Below, in pieces: positions 46,676-55,039 of a DNA stretch of 59,827 nucleotides (positions within the stretch are counted from its first letter, which is position 1; every line of letters starts with the position of its first letter). Both the position numbers and the translations under genes were made by a program. Location of the stretch: the IMG/VR virus record IMGVR_UViG_3300042292_000091, positions 1 to 59,827 of that record. One strand, 5' to 3'. Source of the stretch: a virus (taxonomy: Duplodnaviria; Caudoviricetes). The notes beneath the pieces are model-generated. The model saw only the letters and a list, made by a program, of their open reading frames with translations. It was not told where the DNA came from and did no database searches.

Positions 46676-46930
46676 GTGGCTAAAGAATTTCCAGATTTGA
46701 ACAACGACGGCAAGGTGACTCGCGCTGATGTCCTCAAAGGGCGTGGCGTGTTTAAGAAAGGCGGTTGGATCAAGGACGCTATCAAAAAGCCGGGCGCACT
46801 GCGTTCGGCTATGGGCGTTAAGGCTGGTGATAAAATCCCGGCTAAGAAACTCGCTGCTGCGGCAAAGAAGCCCGGTAAGATGGGCCAACGCGCTCGTTTG
46901 GCGCAAACGCTTAGGAAACTAGGTAAGTAA
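46676..46930 (+). CDS. Basic protein with EF-hand/dockerin-like loop
   Basis: DLNNDGKVTRADVL; WIKDAIKKPGAL...RARLAQTL. Confidence 0.65.
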   Translation: MAKEFPDLNNDGKVTRADVLKGRGVFKKGGWIKDAIKKPGALRSAMGVKAGDKIPAKKLAAAAKKPGKMGQRARLAQTLRKLGK

Positions 46931-46931
46931 G

Positions 46932-47342
46932 ATGACGCTCGGAGATTTTCTCAAGGCTCGTCTTGACGCTATGGCAGAGGCCAAGCGGATTGAAGGTGAG
47001 TCGTCTGCGAAGGATGTTGCTGGTAAATCTATCGGCAAATATGGCCTTTTCTACATCACGTTTATCGTGGTGATTGGGGTTGTTTCTAGCCTTCAGTTGG
47101 ACAACGAGAAAATCGCTGCTGTCATGGGCTTGCTGGGCGCGTCTCTGACCGCTTTGATCTCTATGCTGGCAAACATTGCCGGTGCGACGGAGAAGGAAGC
47201 CAAGCCTGAGTTTGATGTCATCAAAGACCTCATTGCCAAACTTGATAAGTTGGACCGCAAGGAACAGCCGATGCGGGTGGACGTTGAGGGCGATCATGTC
47301 ACCGTCACCAAGGGTGACGACATAGTGACAGCGAGGAAGTAA
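46932..47342 (+). CDS. Membrane protein (2 TM)
   Basis: Two hydrophobic helices; packed in operon. Confidence 0.6.
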   Translation: MTLGDFLKARLDAMAEAKRIEGESSAKDVAGKSIGKYGLFYITFIVVIGVVSSLQLDNEKIAAVMGLLGASLTALISMLANIAGATEKEAKPEFDVIKDLIAKLDKLDRKEQPMRVDVEGDHVTVTKGDDIVTARK

Positions 47343-48067
47343 TGGTAGACAAGACTACAGCTACGACAGACTTCAACCTCGACCTCAATACGATCATTGA
47401 AGAGGCGTTTGAGCGTTGCGGTGCTGAACTGCGTACGGGTTATGACTTCCGTACGTCGAAGCGTAGTCTTGCCCTGCTCCTGATGGACTGGTCAAACCGG
47501 GGTATTAATCTTTGGACGTTGGAGGAAGGCACCAAGACGCTGACCTACAACGTCGGTACGTACGACTTGCCGGTGGATACGGTTGATCTGCTTGATCACG
47601 TGATTCGCACGGGGTCTGGGCAAAACCAGCAGGACATCAATATCAGTCGTATTTCGTCCAGCACCTACGTGTCTATCCCAAACAAGAACGCGACGGGTCG
47701 CCCGATTCAGATTTGGATCAATCGGCGTACGGGTGCAACCGGCGCGGATAACGTCGTGGTCTATCCGCAGTTTACGGTGTGGCCGAAACCCGACAACAGT
47801 ACGACTTGGATTCTGTACTACACCCGTCTGCGTCGGATGTTTGACCCCGGTACGGGCGTAAACGGACAGGACATCCCGTTCCGGTTCTTGCCCTGCATGG
47901 TGGCGGGTCTGGCCTATATGCTGTCGATGAAGATTCCCGGTGCAGAAGCGCGTACGCAGATTCTGAAAGCCCAGTACGACGAGGCTTGGGATTTGGCTGC
48001 TGGCGAGGACCGGGAAAAAGCGGCGGTACGGTTTGTCCCACGTGAGAGCTTCTTGGGTGGCTACTAA
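47342..48067 (+). CDS. Head-tail adaptor/tail tubular protein A-like
   Basis: IIEEAFERCG, WSNRGINLW, PFRFLPCMVAGLAY; position in tail module. Confidence 0.6.
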   Translation: MVDKTTATTDFNLDLNTIIEEAFERCGAELRTGYDFRTSKRSLALLLMDWSNRGINLWTLEEGTKTLTYNVGTYDLPVDTVDLLDHVIRTGSGQNQQDINISRISSSTYVSIPNKNATGRPIQIWINRRTGATGADNVVVYPQFTVWPKPDNSTTWILYYTRLRRMFDPGTGVNGQDIPFRFLPCMVAGLAYMLSMKIPGAEARTQILKAQYDEAWDLAAGEDREKAAVRFVPRESFLGGY

Positions 48068-48444
48068 TGCCAAACAGGTTCGCAAGTGGCAAACATTCCA
48101 TCGCGATGTGCGACCGGTGTGGTTTTCAATACAAACTGCGCCAGTTGAAGTCAATTGTGGTGAAGACCAAGAATGTAAATATCTTGGTCTGTCCGGAGTG
48201 CTGGGAGCCTGACCAACCCCAGTTGTCTCTCGGTTTGTACCCTGTGGACGATCCGCAGGCATTACGGAACCCGAGACCGGACACGAGTTATTTTGCGGTC
48301 GGTAATGACGGTGCTAATGGCAGTCGTCAGATACAATGGGGCTGGGCACCCGTGGGCGGGGCCAGAGCGGATGATGCCGGACTGACGCCTAATGATTTAG
48401 CGCCGTTCGGTGAAGTAGGAACGGTGACGGTCGTTACGACCTAG
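48067..48444 (+). CDS. CxxC-containing structural-module protein
   Basis: CDRCG, VCPECWE, DPQALRNPRPD. Confidence 0.65.
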   Translation: MPNRFASGKHSIAMCDRCGFQYKLRQLKSIVVKTKNVNILVCPECWEPDQPQLSLGLYPVDDPQALRNPRPDTSYFAVGNDGANGSRQIQWGWAPVGGARADDAGLTPNDLAPFGEVGTVTVVTT

Positions 48445-48453
48445 GAGATTGTG

Positions 48454-48630
48454 ATGAAGAATGGTGATGCAATGAAAGCTTTGAGAAAGCACGCTTCACT
48501 TCCGGCGAGTAAAGCTCACGGTATGCGTGCTGGTGGCAAGACCAACAGCGAAATGAAGAAGTACGGTCGGAATATGGCGAAGGTTATGAACCAGCGCAGC
48601 CCGGTGCGTAAGTCTTCGGGTCCGAGGTAA
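48454..48630 (+). CDS. Small basic protein (58 aa, not in ORF track)
   Basis: AGGAG SD; MKNGDAMKALRKH...MRAGG...GRNMAKVMNQR. Confidence 0.55.
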   Translation: MKNGDAMKALRKHASLPASKAHGMRAGGKTNSEMKKYGRNMAKVMNQRSPVRKSSGPR

Positions 48631-48635
48631 GTACC

Positions 48636-48830
48636 ATGAAAGAATTGAATCCCGGCAAGATCAAGCACAACCCTGATCCGACTGGTGAGAATGGCTATCC
48701 TGAAAAGGATGTGAACAAGGGCGTCACCCACATGGAAATGAAGGGTGCTGGCGCTGCCACCAAGGGTAAAAAGTTCGTCTCGCAGATTAATTTGCAGTAC
48801 AACGGCAAAGTACGAGCAGGCTGGAGCTAA
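48636..48830 (+). CDS. Small basic protein
   Basis: GAGG SD; MKGAGAATKGKKF. Confidence 0.55.
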   Translation: MKELNPGKIKHNPDPTGENGYPEKDVNKGVTHMEMKGAGAATKGKKFVSQINLQYNGKVRAGWS

Positions 48831-49468
48831 TGAATTACACGCAGCTTTCACAATCAATTCAGGACTACTGTCAGTCCACGGAGACCTCCTTCGTGGCGAA
48901 TATCCCGAATTTTGTGCAGCTTGCTGAAGAGCGGATTTACAACTCCGTTCAGATTCCTGCTATCCGAAAGAATGTCACGGGGACGATGACAAATACGTTT
49001 CCGTACTTCCAGTTGCCTTCTGACTGGCTTTCGACCTTTTCGTTAGCTGTTATTGACCCGACTACGGGTGAGTACGAATACCTGCTGAATAAGGATGTGA
49101 ACTACATCCGAGCGGCGTATCCTCCCCCGAACAGCACGGGTAAGCCTAAGTACTACGCAATTTGGGACGACGCCACTATGATTCTTGGGCCGACTCCTGA
49201 TCAAGCATACACGGCTGAACTGCACTACTATTACTATCCGCCGTCAATCGTAAATAACTCGACTTCTTGGTTGGGAGACAACTTTGAGACGGTATTGCTC
49301 TACGGGTCATTGCGCGAAGCGTACACCTACTTGAAGGGTGAGCAGGACATGATGACTTATTACGAGCAGAAATATCAGGAGTCATTAGCACTCCTCAAAC
49401 GTCTTGGCGATGGTTTGGATCGTCAGGATGCGTATCGTTCGGGACAAGTTAGGATTCCGGTGACTTGA
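48830..49468 (+). CDS. Head-tail adaptor protein
   Basis: MNYTQL..IQDY, AEERI, GKPKYY, PTPD, LLYGSL.EA. Confidence 0.7.
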   Translation: MNYTQLSQSIQDYCQSTETSFVANIPNFVQLAEERIYNSVQIPAIRKNVTGTMTNTFPYFQLPSDWLSTFSLAVIDPTTGEYEYLLNKDVNYIRAAYPPPNSTGKPKYYAIWDDATMILGPTPDQAYTAELHYYYYPPSIVNNSTSWLGDNFETVLLYGSLREAYTYLKGEQDMMTYYEQKYQESLALLKRLGDGLDRQDAYRSGQVRIPVT

Positions 49469-49713
49469 TGTTTAGTGGAAACGTAGAAGTTGGGCAGGTA
49501 TTTGTGCAAACGACTAACCGTCGTGAGCATACTGTCGAAGAAATTGCAGAACGTGCGGTAAACCGCATACTCAGTGCTGATTCAAAGGAAGCACTGCATT
49601 ATTGGCTGGTGAAATATCTACGCGAAGCCCAAGAAGCCGAGCGCAAGATGATATGTAAGAAACTAGATCAACAAGGCTATGCGGAAATCGCACAATTAAT
49701 TGGAGACCTCTAA
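49465..49713 (+). CDS. Hypothetical protein
   Basis: Coupled ORF. Confidence 0.55.
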   Translation: MMFSGNVEVGQVFVQTTNRREHTVEEIAERAVNRILSADSKEALHYWLVKYLREAQEAERKMICKKLDQQGYAEIAQLIGDL

Positions 49714-50168
49714 TGGCTATTACTCAGGCAATGGCAACGTCGTTTAAGGTTGAAATCCTTGACGGCATTCACAATTTTGGTACCGGCGTAATCCGTGCAT
49801 CGGCTGCTGCGGATGTGTTTAAGCTGGCGCTGTTCACTTCGTCGGCTACGTTGGGCGCTGCTACAACGGCGTATAGCACGACAGATGAGGTTTCCTCGTC
49901 TGGCACGAACTACCCGGCGGGCGGTTTGACGTTGACGATCTCGCAGGTTCCCACTTCGTCTGGCACGACGGCTTTCATCGACTTCGATGATTTGACCTTC
50001 CCGAGCGCGACGATTACGGCGAACGGCGCGTTGATCTATAACGCTACGCAGAGCAACAAGGCTGTTGCGGTTCTGGCCTTTGGTGGTGATAAGACCTCCA
50101 CGGCTGGTAACTTCACCATCCAGTTCCCTGCTGCCGCTGCTTCGACCGCGATCCTCCGAATCGCCTAA
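49713..50168 (+). CDS. Tail-associated structural protein
   Basis: MAITQAMATSFKVEIL, FKLALF, FGGDKTST.GNFTIQFP. Confidence 0.7.
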   Translation: MAITQAMATSFKVEILDGIHNFGTGVIRASAAADVFKLALFTSSATLGAATTAYSTTDEVSSSGTNYPAGGLTLTISQVPTSSGTTAFIDFDDLTFPSATITANGALIYNATQSNKAVAVLAFGGDKTSTAGNFTIQFPAAAASTAILRIA

Positions 50169-50181
50169 GTAGGCTACGTCT

Positions 50182-51021
50182 GTGACGGACGTAGTAGTAA
50201 CCCTTGAAGGCTGGAACTCCATTACAGGATGGGGCGAAGGCGGATGGGGTACAGCATCTGTAAGCTTCACCGGTACCGGTGAGGTAGGGACGCTTTCGTT
50301 TGTCACAGATCAAGTTATTGTAGTCACGGGCCTTGAGGCTACGGGTGAACTCGGTACGGTCTTTGTTTCTACCGAGCAAATCCTCTTAGTCACAGGGCTA
50401 GAAGCTCAGGCGATACTCAGCGATGAAGTTGTCGTTGCTGATGCGATTGTTATTGAAGATGGCGTTGAGGGTACGGGGGAGCTAGGCGATGCCACAGTCT
50501 TCCTTGAACTCATTGTGCCGGTCACGGGCGTTTCGGCGTCTGGACAGATTGGTACGGTGTCGCTTGTCACTGAACAGATATTGTCGGTTACGGGAGTTGA
50601 AGGCACGTTCCAGATCGGTAACTTTATTGTTATCGCTGGGCACACTCAGGTCGTAACGGGCCTTGAAGCAACTAGCGAACTGGGCGATGTAGCCGTCTTT
50701 ACTGATCAAGTTCTGGTTGTAACTGGACTTGCAGCAACCGGCGCGGTTGGTACGGTGTCGCTCGTTACAGATCAGGTTCTGGTTGTAACCGGACTTGAAG
50801 GTACAAGCGAACTTGGCGTTGCGACTCAAAATTCTATTTACCCTGTTGCTGGGGTAAGTGGGACTGGACAAGTTGGGACGGTTCAGGTACGGATAGATAG
50901 AATAGTCATTGTGACCGGCGTATCTGCAACGGGTAATATTGGTTCCCAATCGCCAGCAGTGAACGTGTGGAGTTTGATTAATACAGATCAGAACGCGAAC
51001 TGGACACAAATCGCGGCGTGA
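50182..51021 (+). CDS. Repetitive beta-strand tail/fibre protein
   Basis: About 11 imperfect repeats of VTG(L/V)xxTGxxGxV. Confidence 0.65.
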   Translation: MTDVVVTLEGWNSITGWGEGGWGTASVSFTGTGEVGTLSFVTDQVIVVTGLEATGELGTVFVSTEQILLVTGLEAQAILSDEVVVADAIVIEDGVEGTGELGDATVFLELIVPVTGVSASGQIGTVSLVTEQILSVTGVEGTFQIGNFIVIAGHTQVVTGLEATSELGDVAVFTDQVLVVTGLAATGAVGTVSLVTDQVLVVTGLEGTSELGVATQNSIYPVAGVSGTGQVGTVQVRIDRIVIVTGVSATGNIGSQSPAVNVWSLINTDQNANWTQIAA

Positions 51022-51032
51022 GGTAACTAAAA

Positions 51033-52052
51033 ATGCCGTCTACATTTTCAACAAATTTGGCCCTTGAACTCCTCGCTACAGGCGAAGGAGCAGGTACGTG
51101 GGGTGACACCACTAATACCAACTTGGGAACCCTGCTTGAGCAGGCCATTTCTGGTTATGTCACTCAGGCCGTATCTACCGGTAATGACACGACCATCACC
51201 ATCCCGAACGGTGCGACCGGTGTCGCCCGTAATATGTACATTGAGTTGACAGGAACCGGTGGAGCCAGTACCAACCTGATCGTTCCTGCTAACAAGAAAC
51301 TCTACTTCATCTTTAACAACGCCTCTGGTGCGGTGACGGTAAAAGTTTCTGGTCAAACGGGCGTTTCGGTTCCGGCGGGAAGTAAGTTTATTCTCGTATC
51401 AAACGGTACCGATATTGTTGAGGCAACGAGTTATTCAGCGGGTGTTGGAAGTAGTCTTAACCTGACTACGCTAACGGCGACCTCGGCTAATATCACGACG
51501 CTAACTAGCACTAGCGCCAACATCACGACGCTAACTAGCACTAGCGCCAACATCACGACGCTGACTGGTACAAACTTTTCTGCCACAAGTTTGACGTTAA
51601 CCAACGCGCTGAAAATCGCGGAAGGCGGTACTGGACTTGATACCACGCCGACTAACGGCCAACTTCTGATCGGTAACGGTACTGGTTACGCTCTGTCTAC
51701 ATTGACGGCAGGTGACGGAATTTCGGTCACTAACAATGCGGGCAGTATCACAATTGCAGCGAGTGGCGGCGGTCTTCCTACCGTTACAGTCACAGCATCT
51801 ACTGCGATCACTGCGGCGGTTAATTTCCACTACGTTTTGACTGCTGCAACAACCGCCACGGTTACGCTTCCGGCCTCGCCTACCATTAGTGATACGATTT
51901 ACGTTACGGTTGCTAACGGCTTGGTCACGAATGTCGTGGCGCGTAATGGTAAAAACATTCAAGGTCTTGCCGAGGACCTGACGCTTAATGCGACTTACGC
52001 TTCGGTACAACTTAGATACTCAGACGCAACTGAAGGATGGATCTTCGCATGA
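51033..52052 (+). CDS. Tail fibre protein
   Basis: GTWGDTTNTN N-terminus, GGTG and NGQLLIGNG repeats, TLPASP. Confidence 0.75.
   Translation: MPSTFSTNLALELLATGEGAGTWGDTTNTNLGTLLEQAISGYVTQAVSTGNDTTITIPNGATGVARNMYIELTGTGGASTNLIVPANKKLYFIFNNASGAVTVKVSGQTGVSVPAGSKFILVSNGTDIVEATSYSAGVGSSLNLTTLTATSANITTLTSTSANITTLTSTSANITTLTGTNFSATSLTLTNALKIAEGGTGLDTTPTNGQLLIGNGTGYALSTLTAGDGISVTNNAGSITIAASGGGLPTVTVTASTAITAAVNFHYVLTAATTATVTLPASPTISDTIYVTVANGLVTNVVARNGKNIQGLAEDLTLNATYASVQLRYSDATEGWIFA
51492..51562 (+). repeat. 30-bp tandem repeat in tail fibre (ITTLTSTSAN)
   Basis: ATCACGACGCTAACTAGCACTAGCGCCAAC x2 plus partial third copy. Confidence 0.9.
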
Positions 52053-53080
52053 GTCAGTACACTCAATTTTCTGGCAATACGCCAACACAACCGGCTTGGA
52101 CCAGAGCTTTCAACTCTTCCACCACTTTTGTACCTAGTCAGTCTGGGTGGTATCAGTTCTTAGTGGTTGGTGCTGGCGGCGGTGGTGGTGGCGCAGGATG
52201 GGACACGCAAAATTTAGGTAACCTATACGCACTAGGCGCTATTGGTGGTGGTGCTGGCGGATGTGCTGTTAAAACCGCTTTTGTTGCTTCTGGTGCGTCA
52301 ATTGTTATTACGTTAGGCGCAGGGGGCACCGCAGGTACTGGCAATGCCGGTAGCTCTGGTAATGGAAATAGTGGCAGCATTACTACTGTAGTTGGTGGCG
52401 GCGTCAGTATCACATGCAACGCTGGCTCCGGTGGTAATGCTACAGCTGGTGCCGCTAACCTCAATTCCAGTGTCGGTGGTAATGCTAACGGCGGTGATTA
52501 CAACTTTACTGGCGGTGGTTCTCAATCCGCTACCATAAGCACTTATTTTACGACTCCTAGAGGCGGCGGTTCAGTTGGGTTTTGGGGCACAGGTTACACA
52601 GCGGCTGGCCAACAGGGCGCGGGAACAGGTGGCGACGGCAGACAAGGCGGTAGTAATAGATCGGGTGATGGTTACTCAGTCGCCCAGTACGGCGGCGGGG
52701 GCGGTAACAATTTCGCCGTTGGTGCTAATCTTCAGCCTTGGGGCGGTCCGGCTCCTGTTTTTGGCTTACAACATAATGGGTTTGGTCAAACCCCCGTCAG
52801 CGCCAGTAACGCTGTTGCTCTTCCATATCCCGATGTTGGTGCCGGTGGAGCAGCTGTATCAGGCTCAACTTCCAATAGCAGAACTAGAGCCGGTTTGTTT
52901 GGAGGCGGAGGCGGAGCTATTAATTCAGGCGCTACCGCTGGCGCTGCGTCTGGTGGTGACGGCGGTAGAGGCGGCGGCGCCGGTGGCGGGGTTTCTCTCG
53001 GCTACGGTGTTGGTAACGGCATAGGCGTTGGCGGTGCCGGTGGCGGTGGTTTCGCTATGATAGGGTTTTTAGGATCATGA
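52049..53080 (+). CDS. Glycine-rich tail fibre/adhesin
   Basis: [20 protein letters not shown] motifs; start taken at ATGA overlap. Confidence 0.75.
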   Translation: MSQYTQFSGNTPTQPAWTRAFNSSTTFVPSQSGWYQFLVVGAGGGGGGAGWDTQNLGNLYALGAIGGGAGGCAVKTAFVASGASIVITLGAGGTAGTGNAGSSGNGNSGSITTVVGGGVSITCNAGSGGNATAGAANLNSSVGGNANGGDYNFTGGGSQSATISTYFTTPRGGGSVGFWGTGYTAAGQQGAGTGGDGRQGGSNRSGDGYSVAQYGGGGGNNFAVGANLQPWGGPAPVFGLQHNGFGQTPVSASNAVALPYPDVGAGGAAVSGSTSNSRTRAGLFGGGGGAINSGATAGAASGGDGGRGGGAGGGVSLGYGVGNGIGVGGAGGGGFAMIGFLGS

Positions 53081-53472
53081 ACAACATTTACACAGTAACT
53101 GAACTTGACGGTTCAACCCGCGACATCATCTCTGATCAGGCGTTTGTAGACCAATATTATCCCGGCAGGTGGGTTTTGGTCGGCCCTGAGATTCAGCCAG
53201 ATCCTGTTGTGCCATACCCACCGATTACACGGCTGGCTATGATTGATAGATTCTCGGACGCTGAATACACAGGCATTTTGACTGCGGCAAAAACCGACGT
53301 TGAGGTGCAAGGTTGGCTAGATCGTTTCTATGCGGTAAGCAAAATTAACCTAAAAGACTCTCGTACTATTGACGGAATTAACATGATGGTCAGCAAAAAT
53401 TTGCTAACTCAGCCTCGTGCTGATGCGATTTTAACTGATCCAGTTCAACCCGAAGAGATATGGCAGCCTTAA
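53077..53472 (+). CDS. Hypothetical protein, possible fibre chaperone
   Basis: Follows fibre genes; ITRLAMIDRF..AE motif. Confidence 0.55.
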   Translation: MNNIYTVTELDGSTRDIISDQAFVDQYYPGRWVLVGPEIQPDPVVPYPPITRLAMIDRFSDAEYTGILTAAKTDVEVQGWLDRFYAVSKINLKDSRTIDGINMMVSKNLLTQPRADAILTDPVQPEEIWQP

Positions 53473-53475
53473 GAT

Positions 53476-54072
53476 ATGGTTTTATTCAAAGGCCATAAAG
53501 TAGCTTTTCTGTTTCCCTCTAAAACGGGGTCAACAACGGCCGCGAAGTTCTTGATGAATTGCAAAGATGCGGTTGTTTTTGACGATAGACATGCTACGCC
53601 CGAAAGAGCTATTGAGTTTGAGCCAAATTTAAGCGAGTACAAGGTTTACTCTTTTTTACGAAATCCCGCTGAACGGTTTGTCAGTGGAATATTGATGTTT
53701 AAAGAGTACAAATACACCCAGCAGTTAATAAAAGTTTTCTCAAGAAATGATATTGCCGACTATAAAGACTTTATAGAAGTTTATTACGAACGCCATAAAG
53801 ACGTTAATTTTGCGGGTTTGCTGTTTCCACAAGTTAGATATTTTAATAGTGACTTGGAAGTAACCGCTCTTGACTTTGACAATTATGAGTCTGAGTTAAG
53901 AAAAGCGACTGTGGGTCTTGGGTTAGATGATTTCCCGATAGGCTGGGAAAACAAAGGCGCGTATGACGGCAAAAAAGAAATGGCTAAGAAAGTTGTTAGC
54001 TATGTAAAAACCAAATACGCCGAAGACTGCGAACTTTGGTTTCAGAAGTTTGGTCGGAGGATAGACGCATGA
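53476..54072 (+). CDS. Sulfotransferase-like protein
   Basis: PSKTGSTT (5'-PSB-like) and FLRNPAERFVSG (3'-PB-like) motifs; YAED near C-terminus. Confidence 0.7.
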   Translation: MVLFKGHKVAFLFPSKTGSTTAAKFLMNCKDAVVFDDRHATPERAIEFEPNLSEYKVYSFLRNPAERFVSGILMFKEYKYTQQLIKVFSRNDIADYKDFIEVYYERHKDVNFAGLLFPQVRYFNSDLEVTALDFDNYESELRKATVGLGLDDFPIGWENKGAYDGKKEMAKKVVSYVKTKYAEDCELWFQKFGRRIDA

Positions 54073-54554
54073 TGACAATGATTAGTACGTTTCTGTCCTT
54101 CCTTGCGGGTGGGCTTCCCAAGATCCTGCAAATCTTCCAAGACCGGCAGGACAAGAAGCATGAGTTAGCCTTGGTCGCTGCCCAGAAGGAGCGCGAGTTG
54201 GCGCTGGCCGAACGAGGCTTCATTGCTCAGGCACGGGTAGAAGAGATCAAGCTGGAGCAGATTCAGACTCAGACGGCGGGCGAAGAGCGTCAAGCCCTGT
54301 ATCAGCACGACATGGAAATTGGTAAGGGTGCTTCGCAGTGGATGATCAATCTCCGCGCCAGCGTCCGTCCGGTTGTGACATATATCTTCGTGTTAGAACT
54401 CGTTGCCATCAATATCGCTGGAGTCTGGTACGCCTACAACACGGGTGTGCCGTTTGCCGCTGCTATGGCAGAAGTGTTCTCGGATGACGAGATGCTAATC
54501 CTGTCTTCAATTATCGCCTTCTGGTTTGGGACACAGGCTTTTGGCAAGAAGTGA
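54069..54554 (+). CDS. Holin-like membrane protein
   Basis: Upstream of lysozyme; VRPVVTY, IIAFWFG; hydrophobic segments. Confidence 0.7.
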   Translation: MMTMISTFLSFLAGGLPKILQIFQDRQDKKHELALVAAQKERELALAERGFIAQARVEEIKLEQIQTQTAGEERQALYQHDMEIGKGASQWMINLRASVRPVVTYIFVLELVAINIAGVWYAYNTGVPFAAAMAEVFSDDEMLILSSIIAFWFGTQAFGKK

Positions 54555-55039
54555 AAGTCAGCCCCGCTGCCATTCAGATGATCAAGCACCACGAAGGGGT
54601 GAGGACTAAGCCTTACCGCTGTCCGGCGCTTTTGTGGACTGTGGGCGTGGGTCACGTGATTGACCCGACTCATGCGACGGTGAAGTATGAGGAGCGCAAG
54701 AATCTACCGATACCCGCAGGCTGGGACCGGGTTCTCACGATGGACGAGGTGGATCGGATACTTGCTCAAGACCTTGGCCGGTTTGAGCGTGGTGTGGTTC
54801 GACTTTGCCCTGCTGCTGTTGGCCGTCAGGGAGTCTTTGATGCTCTCGTATCTTTTGCCTTCAACGTGGGTCTTGGCAATCTCCAACGCTCTTCCCTTCG
54901 GATGAAGACCAACCGAGGTGAGTTGGAAGAGGCGGCTGACGAGTTCCTGAAATGGACGAAGGCTGGTGGTAAAGTACTGCCGGGATTGGTAAAAAGGCGC
55001 AACGACGAACGGGCGTTGTACCTGTCAGGGGTTGTCTAA
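54551..55039 (+). CDS. Endolysin, GH24 lysozyme
   Basis: HEGVRTKPYRCPALLWTVGVGH, FDALVSFAFNVG, GLVKRRNDE. Confidence 0.92.
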   Translation: MKVSPAAIQMIKHHEGVRTKPYRCPALLWTVGVGHVIDPTHATVKYEERKNLPIPAGWDRVLTMDEVDRILAQDLGRFERGVVRLCPAAVGRQGVFDALVSFAFNVGLGNLQRSSLRMKTNRGELEEAADEFLKWTKAGGKVLPGLVKRRNDERALYLSGVV

